Positions 20,221 through 29,989 of a stretch of 64,000 bases of DNA are shown in pieces. The notes under the pieces are model-generated. The model was not told the origin of the DNA. It did not search any database and worked only from the letters and a program-made list of their open reading frames with translations. Position 1 is the stretch's first letter, and every line of letters starts with the position of its first letter. The position numbers were made by a program, and so were the translations under genes. The stretch comes from an uncultured Gemmatimonadales bacterium (GTDB lineage Bacteria; Gemmatimonadota; Gemmatimonadetes; Gemmatimonadales; GWC2-71-9): the NCBI GenBank assembly GCA_963728915.1, contig CAVSLV010000001.1, positions 704,001-768,000 of the forward strand, given 5' to 3'.

Positions 20221-21858
20221 ATGCGACTGCTCCCCATCCTCCTGGCCGCGGGCGCCCTGGCTCGCCCGCTGCTGGCCCAGCAAACCGCCTACACCCGCGC
20301 CGATACCCTGCGGGGCTCCTGGGAGACCCCCGGTCGCGCCTGGTGGGACGTCAGCTTCTACGACCTCGAGGTCAGAATCAACCCGGCGGACAGCTCGATT
20401 CGCGGCTCCAACTCCATCGGTTACCGGGTACTCGCCCCGGCATCCGAGATGCAGATCGATCTCATGACTCCGCTCGGCGTCGACAGTATGGTGCAGGGAG
20501 GAGCGAAGGTCCAGTATCGGCGCGAGGGAAACGCCTTCTTCGCGACGCTCGCGAATCCTCCTCCGGTCGGGAGCTCCGGCGCCATCGTCGTGTATTACCA
20601 CGGGAAGCCGCGGGTCGCGGCACGGCCTCCCTGGGAAGGCGGCTTCACCTGGGGCGCCGACAGCCTGCATCGCGACTGGGTGGTGACCAGTGATCAGGGC
20701 GTGGGCGCCAGCATCTGGTGGCCCAACAAGGACACCCAGGCCGACGAGCCCGACAGCATGCGCATCGCCATCACGGTGCCCAGACCGATGATCGACGTCA
20801 GCAACGGCCGCCTTCGCAAGACCACGGAGAATAAGGACGGTACGACCACCTTCGAGTGGTTCGTCACCCAACCGATCAACAACTACGCCGTCGCGGTGAA
20901 TGCCGGCAGCTACGCGCACTACACCGACACATTCAAAGGCGAAGGCGGCACTCTCTCCCTCGATTTCTATCCGCTTTCCTATCACCTGGAAGCAGCCCGG
21001 AAGCAATGGGGCCAGGCCAGGACCATGCTGGCCTGCTTCGAGCACTGGTTCGGTCCCTATCCGTGGTACCAGGACGGCTACAAACTGATCGAAACCTCCC
21101 ACCTCGGCATGGAGCACCAGAGCGCGGTCGCCTATGGCAACGGGTTCCAGAACGGCTATCGCGGCCGCGATCTCAGCACCAGCGGATACGGGGCGAAGTG
21201 GGACTTCATCATCGTGCACGAGAGCGCCCACGAGTGGTGGGGCAACAACATCACCACCAGGGACATCGCGGACATGTGGGTGCACGAGGGGTTCGCCAAC
21301 TACAGCGAGGGCCTCTATACCGAGTGCCTGTTCGGCAAAGAGGCTGGCGCAGCCTACACCACGGGGTCACGCTACAATGCGGAAGGCCAGCGACCGATCA
21401 TCTCCACCTACGGCGTCAACGCGAACCCTCCAATCGACCAGTACTACAAGGCGGGCAACCTGCTGCATCTCATCCGCCAGCTCGTCGGCGACGACGAGAA
21501 ATGGCGGGGGATCCTCCGGGGGCTCAACGCCACCTTTCGGCACCAGACCGTCATGGGGAAGCAGATCGAGGATTACATCTCGGCGCAGTCCGGGATGGAC
21601 CTGAGCAAGGTTTTCGACCAGTACCTTCGCACCACCGAAATCCCCGCGCTGAATTATCGGATCGCGAATGATACGCTGAGCTATCGATGGCAGAGCACCG
21701 TGCCTGGATTCGCGATGCCGGTCCGGGTCACCACCGGCCCGGGGACCTGGGCCGTGATCAAGCCGACCGCGCGCTGGCAGAAGCTGCCGGTCACGGTTCC
21801 GGCGGATCAGTTCAAGGTGGACCCCAACTGGTTCGTGGCGGTGCTGCGGGAGCCCTGA
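20221..21858 (+). CDS. M1 family metallo-aminopeptidase, secreted
   Basis: Signal peptide; LGMEHQ (GAMEN variant); HESAHEWWGN...WVHEGFANY. Confidence 0.92.
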   Translation: MRLLPILLAAGALARPLLAQQTAYTRADTLRGSWETPGRAWWDVSFYDLEVRINPADSSIRGSNSIGYRVLAPASEMQIDLMTPLGVDSMVQGGAKVQYRREGNAFFATLANPPPVGSSGAIVVYYHGKPRVAARPPWEGGFTWGADSLHRDWVVTSDQGVGASIWWPNKDTQADEPDSMRIAITVPRPMIDVSNGRLRKTTENKDGTTTFEWFVTQPINNYAVAVNAGSYAHYTDTFKGEGGTLSLDFYPLSYHLEAARKQWGQARTMLACFEHWFGPYPWYQDGYKLIETSHLGMEHQSAVAYGNGFQNGYRGRDLSTSGYGAKWDFIIVHESAHEWWGNNITTRDIADMWVHEGFANYSEGLYTECLFGKEAGAAYTTGSRYNAEGQRPIISTYGVNANPPIDQYYKAGNLLHLIRQLVGDDEKWRGILRGLNATFRHQTVMGKQIEDYISAQSGMDLSKVFDQYLRTTEIPALNYRIANDTLSYRWQSTVPGFAMPVRVTTGPGTWAVIKPTARWQKLPVTVPADQFKVDPNWFVAVLREP

Positions 21859-21972
21859 ACCGACACCAGCCGGTCGACGATGCCACCCGGCGAGCCGCCG
21901 CGGCTTCGCCAGGCTCTGGCAGGAAGGCTCCTGATTGGAGTAGTTTCCGGGCTCCCTCTTCCGAGTCGTCCC

Positions 21973-22509
21973 ATGAAACTCGTCCGATCCCTTCCCCTGC
22001 TGGCCATTTCGGGCCTGGCCCTTGCGACCGCGCAGGCGCAAGGTCCGCTCTCCGCCGCGATGAAGCGGAGCCTCACCCGCTACAGCACCAATATGCCCGG
22101 CGCCGCCGACCTCATGCCGCCTGACAAGTACGGGTTCAAGCCGACCCCGGAGCAGATGAGCTTCGGCGAGATCATCGCCCACGAAGCGGAATCCAATGAG
22201 ACCCTGTGTGCCGCGATCGGGGGCGGCGGACAGACGCCGACCGAATCGGCCGCCGGTGCGACGGCGCCGAAGGATCAGCTGGTCGCCCGGCTCAGGAAAT
22301 CGTTCGAGTACTGCGGCACCGTGATCGATGGGCTCAAAGAGAGCGCCCTGGCGGATTCGGTCCCGTTCTTCGGTGGGCGGAAAGCGCCCCGGGCGGTGGC
22401 AGTGATCGGGCTCGCCCAGGACTGGGCCGACCACTATGCCCAGGCGGCCATGTATCTCCGGCTCAACGGAATCCTGCCCCCCTCGGCCCGACCGCGCCCT
22501 CGTCCGTAG
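21973..22509 (+). CDS. Secreted DinB family protein
   Basis: Signal peptide; MPPDKYGFKPTPEQMSFGE..H; DHYAQ..YLRLNGILPP. Confidence 0.85.
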   Translation: MKLVRSLPLLAISGLALATAQAQGPLSAAMKRSLTRYSTNMPGAADLMPPDKYGFKPTPEQMSFGEIIAHEAESNETLCAAIGGGGQTPTESAAGATAPKDQLVARLRKSFEYCGTVIDGLKESALADSVPFFGGRKAPRAVAVIGLAQDWADHYAQAAMYLRLNGILPPSARPRPRP

Positions 22510-22525
22510 GAAGCCAGGGACCGGA

Positions 22526-23419
22526 TCAGCGCCGCTCCTCGACTAGCAGCCCCATGGGAACCTGCCGGAGCCCCCGCCAGTGGTGGGTGGCTCCGGGTTC
22601 CCGGATCAGCAGCTGACTCGAGATTCCCCCGTCCAGCATGACCGCGGTCTGGGCGCCCAGCGCTCCCATCACCGCGGCCATTTCCGGCGCGGTCAGTCCG
22701 AATGGAACGAAATCAAGAAGCCCGTTCGCTCCGTCGAAGCGGGTTATGGCGAGGAGCACCATCCCGTCCATCGTTTCCCCGATCGCGGCGCGGGCATCCC
22801 GGTGGGTGAGGTCAACTCCCAGTCCCTCCTGACGCAGCTCCGGCGGGATGACGCCGTGGAGCAGGAGCCGCGGGTAGCTCTGAAACCCCACCACAATCCC
22901 CGACCCGAGACCCAGGGTTGCCAGGGAGTCCGGAGCGATCCACCGGAGCCTGCCCAGAGCGTCGAACCCGACGCCGACCGAGGTCGGCCCAAAGCCGGCC
23001 GGCTGCCAGGTCCGCCCGTTCAGTACCACCCAGCCCCAGGGGTGGCTGCGGGGGAACTGTCCGGCATTGATGGCCACGAGGGCGTTTCGCGGGGCGCGGT
23101 CCAGCGACCAGGCTGCCCGATCCCGGTCCTTCTGAAACGCGGTGTCCAGACGGAATCGGGTCAGCCGCGGGTCGATCCGGGCGACAATCAGCCTGATGCG
23201 TTTCGCCTCGCCCGTTCCGGCGAGCCGCGCCTCACTCCAATCGACCCCTGGAGCCACTCGATGCCACGCCATGCTGTTGAGCACCAATGGAAGGGGACCG
23301 CTCCATTCGGTTGGAGCGTCGGCGGAGGTCCACCAGCCTTCCCAACGGCTTCCGGTCCAGACCGCGAGAGAGGAAGCCGGAAGGAGGAATGCGGCGAGCA
23401 ACGCCGCAAGGAGCCTCAC
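22526..23419 (-). CDS. Phosphodiester glycosidase (NAGPA-like) family protein
   Basis: GTG start overlapping upstream stop (GTGA); AINAGQF, ARAAIG, MLDGGISSQL. Confidence 0.8.
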   Translation of the reverse strand: MRLLAALLAAFLLPASSLAVWTGSRWEGWWTSADAPTEWSGPLPLVLNSMAWHRVAPGVDWSEARLAGTGEAKRIRLIVARIDPRLTRFRLDTAFQKDRDRAAWSLDRAPRNALVAINAGQFPRSHPWGWVVLNGRTWQPAGFGPTSVGVGFDALGRLRWIAPDSLATLGLGSGIVVGFQSYPRLLLHGVIPPELRQEGLGVDLTHRDARAAIGETMDGMVLLAITRFDGANGLLDFVPFGLTAPEMAAVMGALGAQTAVMLDGGISSQLLIREPGATHHWRGLRQVPMGLLVEERR

Positions 23420-24258
23420 GGGCAGAGCTCGGAGAGATCCTTGATGGCCTGTTCCCGCTTCTTCATCGCCTCGATCTCGCGGTCGCTGAAACCTGCCCAG
23501 GCCTGTTTCTTCTTCAGCTGTTCGATGAACATCTTGATTCGCTCGCAGGAGACCGCGACCTGGCGGCCGTTCATCCCACTCAGGTCGGCTTCCTTCTTCT
23601 CGATATCGGCCTCGCTCTGACTGATCTGCTTCTGAAGCCCTTCGACCTGGTCCTTCAACCCCATCCACTCTTTCACCACGGCGGGAGGAGTCGGATCCCC
23701 GCACCGCTTGATCACCGCCACGGACTCGGCCGCGGTCGGCTCCCGACCCTTCTGCAGCTGCTCCAGCAGCCGCCGGACTTCGGCGGTATCTCCCTTTGCC
23801 TGGGCCTGGCCCATGGCCAGCCCGACCTGCTGCATCCTCTGGAGATCCGGGGGGCCAGATCGCTTGGTGTCCTGGATCGCACTGTAGGAGGAATCGCGGC
23901 AGTTCTCGACATCCCGTCGATGCTGGTCCCAGGCGTTGATTCGATCGACATTTTTGTCGTAGATGGCGGCCTGCCGCGAATCGATCGCGTCCATCCTGGC
24001 GCGAAGAGCGGCGGGGCCGTTGGGACTGTCGGCAAGGACCTTGGCGGCCTGCTTCGCCGCCAGCAGCTTGTCGATTCGCTCGACCGTGATCTCCAGGGTG
24101 ACGTCATTGAACTGGGGCTGGGATCCTGCCTGATCCGCCGTGGCGCCCTTGGGGAGCCGCTTCTTGACCAGGTTGCCAAGCTGACCGTGAGCGGGGGCAG
24201 GCAGCGTGAGCGCGGCGATCGCCGCGAGCGTCAGGAGCGCCGGGAGCGAGCGTGACAT
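23416..24258 (-). CDS. Hypothetical secreted helical/coiled-coil protein
   Basis: GAGG RBS; signal peptide ending AHG-Q; helical, four Cys. Confidence 0.7.
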   Translation of the reverse strand: MSRSLPALLTLAAIAALTLPAPAHGQLGNLVKKRLPKGATADQAGSQPQFNDVTLEITVERIDKLLAAKQAAKVLADSPNGPAALRARMDAIDSRQAAIYDKNVDRINAWDQHRRDVENCRDSSYSAIQDTKRSGPPDLQRMQQVGLAMGQAQAKGDTAEVRRLLEQLQKGREPTAAESVAVIKRCGDPTPPAVVKEWMGLKDQVEGLQKQISQSEADIEKKEADLSGMNGRQVAVSCERIKMFIEQLKKKQAWAGFSDREIEAMKKREQAIKDLSELCP

Positions 24259-24318
24259 GGCGGAGGCCTCATAGAGGAGTGAGAAGCGAGAACAAGCTTA
24301 CGATTCGGGACGCCAGCG

Positions 24319-24347
24319 TCGGTACAATCCCGTCACTATTGTACCGA
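24319..24347. promoter_or_regulatory. Perfect 10-bp inverted repeat carrying TACAAT on both strands (bidirectional promoter or operator)
   Basis: TCGGTACAAT-N9-ATTGTACCGA between divergent genes. Confidence 0.6.
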
Positions 24348-24396
24348 GCATAGGGCCAAGGATCAAACCCGAGCCATCCTTGAAACCAGGGGAACA

Positions 24397-25806
24397 GTGA
24401 TGAGGCCTTCACACCTCACCGTGCTGCTGGTCGTCCTCATGACAGGGTCGGCCCAGGCCCAGGCCCAGTCCTTTTCGGCCGCCGAGCAGGCCGGAATCGA
24501 CAGCGCGGCCCGTTCGGTCCTCGCGGGAACCGGCGCCCCGAGCGCCTCCATCGCGATCGTGCGCGACGGCCGAATCGTGTATGAGCAGGCGTACGCCAAT
24601 CCACAGGCCGAACCGCCCCGGGCACCTGCACCGACAATGCGGTACGCGATCGGCTCGGTCAGCAAGCAGTTCACCGCCACCGCGGTCCTCATGCTCGCCG
24701 AGGAAGGGAAGCTGTCGCTCGATGACAAGGTGGCCAGGTGGTTTCCCGATCTGACCCGCGCCGGCGAGATCAGCGTCCGGCAGCTCCTCTCGATGACCTC
24801 GGGGTATCAGGATTTCTGGCCCCAGGACTATGTCTTCCCCGCCATGCGGAAGCCGGTCGCCCCGGTCGAGATCATGCATCGCTGGGCCGGGAAGCCGCTG
24901 GACTTCGATCCCGGCACCCGCTGGCAGTACAGCAATACGAACTACGTGATCGCCGGCGCGATCGTGCAGCAGGTGTCGGGACTCCCCCTGATGGAGTTCC
25001 TGCGCCAGCGCATCTTCACCCCTCTCGGCATGGCCACGGTGGCGGACTTCAACCACGGAGCGCTCTCGTCGACCGACGCTCCGCCGCTGCTTCGAAACGC
25101 CCTGGGGCCCCTTCGGCCGGCGCCCAAGGAGGCGCCTGGATGGCTGTTCGGCGCCGGACAGCTCGCCATGACGGCGCACGACCTGGCGCTCTGGAACATC
25201 GCGGTCATGAATCGGAGCCTGCTTCGGGAAGCGTCCTACCGGGAGCAACAGCGGGATGTGCTGCTCGTCAACGGCCTCTCGAGCAGGTATGGGCTCGGGG
25301 TCACCGTGACCACGGGCCTGGGAGGAAGACGGCGGATCACCCACGGTGGAGCAGTCTCCGGCTATACCACCACCAACGACGTGTATCCGGATGACCGCGC
25401 GGCGGTTGTGGTCTTCACCGATATCTACCCGGGAGCCGGCGGGGCGACCGGCCAGATTGCCGGCCGGATCGCGGCGATTCTTTTCGCCGAAACGGACAGC
25501 ACGTCCCGGGTCGCCCGCGACCTGGCCCGTCGGATCTATGCCGACCTGGCGAAGGGGACCTTCGAAGCGTCACTTTTCTCGGACAACGCCCGGGCCTACT
25601 TCACCCGCGAGGTCCTCGAGGACTACCGGACCAGCCTGGGCCCGCTCGGAGCCCCCACCGAATTCACGGCGGGCGGAGAGTCGCTTCGGGGCGGGATGGT
25701 CATCCGGTCCTACCGGATCCGGGCCGGCGGGGTCGTCATGGACCTGACCACCATGACCCTTCCCGACGGCAGGATCGAGCAGTACCTGATCGCGCGCGCG
25801 GGTTAG
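24397..25806 (+). CDS. Serine hydrolase, beta-lactamase/D-peptidase (AmpC-like) family
   Basis: Signal peptide; GSVSKQF (SxxK), YSNTNY (YxN), HGG. Confidence 0.9.
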   Translation: MMRPSHLTVLLVVLMTGSAQAQAQSFSAAEQAGIDSAARSVLAGTGAPSASIAIVRDGRIVYEQAYANPQAEPPRAPAPTMRYAIGSVSKQFTATAVLMLAEEGKLSLDDKVARWFPDLTRAGEISVRQLLSMTSGYQDFWPQDYVFPAMRKPVAPVEIMHRWAGKPLDFDPGTRWQYSNTNYVIAGAIVQQVSGLPLMEFLRQRIFTPLGMATVADFNHGALSSTDAPPLLRNALGPLRPAPKEAPGWLFGAGQLAMTAHDLALWNIAVMNRSLLREASYREQQRDVLLVNGLSSRYGLGVTVTTGLGGRRRITHGGAVSGYTTTNDVYPDDRAAVVVFTDIYPGAGGATGQIAGRIAAILFAETDSTSRVARDLARRIYADLAKGTFEASLFSDNARAYFTREVLEDYRTSLGPLGAPTEFTAGGESLRGGMVIRSYRIRAGGVVMDLTTMTLPDGRIEQYLIARAG

Positions 25807-27239
25807 GGTACCGCGGGCTGGGTCAGCGCCTTGGTGAGCCGGTACAGGAACTCCTGCCCTTCGTAGTACGACTGAATCCGCATCCGCTCGTCCCGGCCAT
25901 GGGCCCGGGCGTCCACCGCGGGATCGAGAAACAGACCCGAGACCCCGAAGGCAGGCACCCCTCGCTGCCGGAAGAACCGGGAATCGGTCGCGCCGGTGGA
26001 CATCACCGGAATGATCGGGATGTTCCCGAACATCTCGTGGGTAATCCGCTCCACCGGCTGGATCAGCTCGGGCAGCAGGGCGGATGGCGGAGCCGGAGGC
26101 CGCTGGGTCCTGACGATGACCTGAACCGTGGTATCCCCGATCGCGCGGGCCAGGCTGTCGCGCACCTGCTGCGCGGTCTCATCGGGATAGACTCGGCAGT
26201 TGATATTGGCCTCCGCGAGCTGGGGCAGGGCGTTGGTGGCGTGCCCCCCAGAAAGGCCGGTGGCGACGCAGGTCGTCCGGAGCATCGAGTTGTACCTGGG
26301 GTCCGCGGTGACCGCGGTGATGGCGGCCCGGTCCGCGGGATTCGCGACCAGGGCCTTCATGGCCCGGCCCATGGCCGGCTCCTCCACATCGGCGGTTCTC
26401 GAGAAGAACGCGCGGGTGACCTCATTCAGCTTGATCGGGAACCGGTACGCGGCGACCCGGTCGAGCGCACTCGCCAAGGAGTAAATCGCGTTGTCGGCGC
26501 GGGGCACCGAGGAGTGCCCGCCGCGATTCGTCACCCGGAGAGTAATGTTGGTCGTGATCTTCTCGGTGGCCTGCACCGAGTTGAAGAGCGGCTTGCCATT
26601 CCGAAGGGTGCCCCCGCCCCCTTCGTTGATGACCAGGGCGCCGTCGACCAGCTCCGGATGGTTCTCCAGCAGCCAGGCGACCCCGTTGAACGCCCCGCTC
26701 TCCTCGTCGGAGGTCAGGGCAATGATGATGTCCCGGTCGGGGACGTACCCCTCGTCCTTGAGCCTGAAGGCATTGGCGACGAAGATCGACGCCATCGCCT
26801 TGTCGTCCGCCGTTCCCCGGCCGTAGTAGTACCCGTCCCGTTCGGTGAACACGAAAGGATCCAGGTCTTCCGACCAGTCGGACTTGATCGCCTCGACCAC
26901 GTCGAGGTGCGCCAGCAGAATCACCGGCTTCCTGCCGGGGTTCCGTCCCCGGATCCGCGCGACCACGTTGAACTTCTCGGGGCGCGGCCCGCCGAGGAAG
27001 ATGTCGGAGTCGGGAATACCCGCCTCGTGGAACCGCCTGGCCATCGCCTCGGCGGCCGTCGTCACGTTCCCGGTCGTCACGCCCGACTTGATCTCGATCA
27101 GCTCCTTGTAGATCTCGTGGGCTTTCTCCTGATGCGGCTTGAGCTGGCCGGGCGTGTAGATCGCCGACTGCGAGCTGAGCGGAGCCGCGCAAATGACGAG
27201 CACGGCGACCGGAAGGAGTGGCCGAAACGAGCCAGGCAT
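25803..27239 (-). CDS. M20/M25/M40 family metallo-hydrolase, secreted
   Basis: Start 27239; AHLDVV, YGRGTADDK, DEE, NEGGGG, GGHSS, GATD, AHGRDE. Confidence 0.92.
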   Translation of the reverse strand: MPGSFRPLLPVAVLVICAAPLSSQSAIYTPGQLKPHQEKAHEIYKELIEIKSGVTTGNVTTAAEAMARRFHEAGIPDSDIFLGGPRPEKFNVVARIRGRNPGRKPVILLAHLDVVEAIKSDWSEDLDPFVFTERDGYYYGRGTADDKAMASIFVANAFRLKDEGYVPDRDIIIALTSDEESGAFNGVAWLLENHPELVDGALVINEGGGGTLRNGKPLFNSVQATEKITTNITLRVTNRGGHSSVPRADNAIYSLASALDRVAAYRFPIKLNEVTRAFFSRTADVEEPAMGRAMKALVANPADRAAITAVTADPRYNSMLRTTCVATGLSGGHATNALPQLAEANINCRVYPDETAQQVRDSLARAIGDTTVQVIVRTQRPPAPPSALLPELIQPVERITHEMFGNIPIIPVMSTGATDSRFFRQRGVPAFGVSGLFLDPAVDARAHGRDERMRIQSYYEGQEFLYRLTKALTQPAVP

Positions 27240-27297
27240 TGGGAAAGACTCCAGAAGAAAGAGAACCGGGCGTAATATTAGATCGGAAAGGAAGAAT

Positions 27298-28359
27298 ATG
27301 GCTACAGGTTCCCGGGTCGTGGCTCTCGGCTTGATCCTCACCGGAGCATTCCCATTCTCGGTGACTGCACAGCAGGTCGTGGCCGCCGAGCAGGTCAGCG
27401 GCACCGAGGTCCTGCTCATCGGAGTGAGTCCGGTCAACACCAAGGTGGTCTGGGTCTCCGGGATCCGAGGTACCTGGCTTCGCACCAGGGACGGCGGGGC
27501 GACCTGGCAAGCCGGCCGAGTTCCCGGTGCGGACAGCCTCCAATTCCGGGACGTACACGGGGTGGATGAGCAGACGGCCTATCTCCTCAGCATCGGGGAG
27601 GGGGCCCAGTCGAGGATCTACAAGACCACCGACGGAGGCAGCAGCTGGTCGCTTCAGTTCTCCAACCCGGACCCCAAAGGGTTCTACGACTGTTTCGACT
27701 TCTGGGATGCCGATCGCGGCATCGCGATCGGTGATGCGATCGATGGGGCAATTGCCATCCTCCAGACCGGCGATGGAGGGGCTCACTGGCGGCGAATCCC
27801 TCCCGATCGCCTCCCGGCGGCCCAGACCGGTGAGGGAAGTTTCGCAGCGAGTGGGAGGTGTCTCACGACGGGCGCCGGCGGTCAGGCCTGGATCGTGATG
27901 AGCAATCCGGAACGCGCTCGGGTCCTCCACACCGCCGACTACGGGAATACCTGGTCCTCTTCCTGGCTTCCGATTGGGGTGCGGCAGGGAACCGGCCCGA
28001 CTTCGGTCAGCTTCCGCGATGCGAGCCACGGCGTCGTCATGGGGTCGCGGAGCGGCACCGAGCCGCAGGATACCCTCAGGGCCATGGCCGCGATCACCTC
28101 CGACGGTGGCAAGTCCTGGTCGTTGGTTTCCGATCCTCCCTTACCGCGTGGAGTGTGGGGTGGCGGATTTGTTCCCGGGCCTTCGCACCCGTTGCTGGCG
28201 GTCGGACCCGACGGCGCGGTCTACTCCACCGACGAAGGGAAGACCTGGAAGACGATCGATGCCCGGAGCTACTGGTCGGTAGCGATGGCCTCTGCCGATA
28301 CAGGCTGGGCCGTCGGTACCCGGGGCAGAATCACCAGAATTTCCGGGTTCCAGCCATGA
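27298..28359 (+). CDS. BNR/Asp-box repeat beta-propeller protein (Ycf48-like)
   Basis: Repeated T.DGG..W boxes (TRDGGATW, TTDGGSSW, TGDGGAHW, TSDGGKSW); EGSFAASG. Confidence 0.85.
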   Translation: MATGSRVVALGLILTGAFPFSVTAQQVVAAEQVSGTEVLLIGVSPVNTKVVWVSGIRGTWLRTRDGGATWQAGRVPGADSLQFRDVHGVDEQTAYLLSIGEGAQSRIYKTTDGGSSWSLQFSNPDPKGFYDCFDFWDADRGIAIGDAIDGAIAILQTGDGGAHWRRIPPDRLPAAQTGEGSFAASGRCLTTGAGGQAWIVMSNPERARVLHTADYGNTWSSSWLPIGVRQGTGPTSVSFRDASHGVVMGSRSGTEPQDTLRAMAAITSDGGKSWSLVSDPPLPRGVWGGGFVPGPSHPLLAVGPDGAVYSTDEGKTWKTIDARSYWSVAMASADTGWAVGTRGRITRISGFQP

Positions 28360-29483
28360 AGGGTCTTCTGGCACTGGCGCTGCTGGCTTCCTGCGCGCCT
28401 CGTCCCAGGGGGCCCGCGCCCAGCTCGCCGCAACCGACGCCGGAGCGAGGAACCCTCGCGGTGGATACCATCGTTGACGGCCTGGTTCACCCATGGGCGG
28501 TGGCCCTGCTCCCCGATGGCCGGTTTCTGGTGACTGAGCGCCCCGGCCGAATGCGGCTGGTGGACAGCTCAGGGAGGTTGGGCGATCCGCTGGCGGGCGT
28601 CCCATCGGTCTTCGCCGAGGGACAGGGTGGGTTACTCGACGTGGCACTCGATCCCGGCTATGCCACGAACCATCGGATCTTCTTCTCGTTCGCGGAACCG
28701 GGGTCCGGCGGGACCGCGGGCACCGCCGTCGGTCGCGCTCGACTCACCGACTCCAGCCTGGTGGAGGTCAAGATCATCTATCGGCAGGCACCCAAGGTCG
28801 TGGGGAACAATCACTTCGGATCCCGGCTGGTCTTCGGAAAAGACGGGAATCTGTTCATCACCCAGGGCGAGCGCTTCGCCTACCCGCAGATGGCCCAGAA
28901 CCTGTCGGTGCTGCTCGGCAAGATCGTGCGGGTTACGGTGGACGGCGCGGTCCCGCCCGACAATCCCTACGTGGGGCGGAGCGGGGCCCGGCCGGAAATC
29001 TGGTCCTACGGGCATCGAAACGTGCAGGCGGCCGCGCTCGATCCGGAGAGCGGGCGGCTCTGGACGGTGGAACACGGAGCCATGGGTGGTGACGAATTGA
29101 ACCATCCCGACGCGGGAATGAACTACGGGTGGCCGGTCATCACCTACGGACGGGACTACAGCGGGCGGTCGATCGGCATCGGGGCGGTCAAGGACGGGAT
29201 GGAGCAGCCGGTGTACTACTGGGATCCGGTGATCGCGCCGTCGGGGATGACCTTCTACACCGGGAATGCGTTTCCCGGCTGGAAAGGGAACCTTCTGATC
29301 GGCGGGCTTGCCTCGCAGGCCCTGGTTCGGCTGGAAATGGCGAACGATACGGTCACCCGGGAATCGCGCTACCTCGGCGAGTTGGGGAAGCGCATTCGCG
29401 ACGTCCAGGAGGGGCCGGACGGATTTCTCTATGTCGTGACCGACGAAGATCCCGGCGCCCTCCTTCGCATCAGGCCCAAATAG
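28356..29483 (+). CDS. PQQ-dependent soluble sugar dehydrogenase (GSDH/YliI-like), lipoprotein
   Basis: ATGA-coupled; lipobox LASC; GQGGLLDVAL, HFGSRL, WSYGHRNVQ, EHG..GGDELN, NYGWP, RIRDV. Confidence 0.92.
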   Translation: MKGLLALALLASCAPRPRGPAPSSPQPTPERGTLAVDTIVDGLVHPWAVALLPDGRFLVTERPGRMRLVDSSGRLGDPLAGVPSVFAEGQGGLLDVALDPGYATNHRIFFSFAEPGSGGTAGTAVGRARLTDSSLVEVKIIYRQAPKVVGNNHFGSRLVFGKDGNLFITQGERFAYPQMAQNLSVLLGKIVRVTVDGAVPPDNPYVGRSGARPEIWSYGHRNVQAAALDPESGRLWTVEHGAMGGDELNHPDAGMNYGWPVITYGRDYSGRSIGIGAVKDGMEQPVYYWDPVIAPSGMTFYTGNAFPGWKGNLLIGGLASQALVRLEMANDTVTRESRYLGELGKRIRDVQEGPDGFLYVVTDEDPGALLRIRPK

Positions 29484-29484
29484 A

Positions 29485-29895
29485 TCAGGGCTTTGCCTTG
29501 GCGAGCAGGAAGGTCGCGGTCACCACCACCGCGCCGGCCTGAGTGCATTCCGCTGTGCCCTTGAGCACACCGGAGGTCATCGTGCCGGTGCTCGCGCACA
29601 CCATGTCGGCGATGTCCTGGACCCAGGAGACCTTGCTGCCTTCGAGTTTGAACTCCCGGACCGGACCGGCCGTGGGCGGCTGATCGGTGAAAACCTCCAG
29701 AGTCACCTGCCATTCCTTGTTCACCTGCTGCACGGTGAGCTTGAGGTTGCCGGGCGGGACTGCATCGGACTGATAGGGTCCTTCCCAGACTCCCACGATT
29801 TCCGGCGCGGGATCCCGCGGCTTGGGAACCTGCGCGTTGAGGCTGGTCGCCAGGAGGACCGGCAAGGAGGCCACCAGAAGCGCGGTGGATCGCAT
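29485..29895 (-). CDS. Hypothetical secreted protein
   Basis: Signal peptide MRSTALLVASLPVLLATSLNA; GVWEGPY beta-barrel-like start. Confidence 0.65.
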   Translation of the reverse strand: MRSTALLVASLPVLLATSLNAQVPKPRDPAPEIVGVWEGPYQSDAVPPGNLKLTVQQVNKEWQVTLEVFTDQPPTAGPVREFKLEGSKVSWVQDIADMVCASTGTMTSGVLKGTAECTQAGAVVVTATFLLAKAKP

Positions 29896-29989
29896 GGAAC
29901 CATCCTGAAAGGGTGATCTCGGGAAGACGAAATCTACCCCGAATTGGTTTCGGGTACATTTCGGGCTTCCATGGTTCGGGGTGACTCGC

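Noticed and set aside
20137..21285. Long N-terminal extension of ORF 18598..21285
   Set aside because: Antisense shadow of the M1 peptidase gene; the S10 signal peptide starts at 20136.
24397..25806. True beta-lactamase with a BlaI-type operator
   Set aside because: Motifs fit the broad serine hydrolase family; the upstream TACA/TGTA spacing is 13 nt, not the 2 nt of BlaI/MecI boxes.
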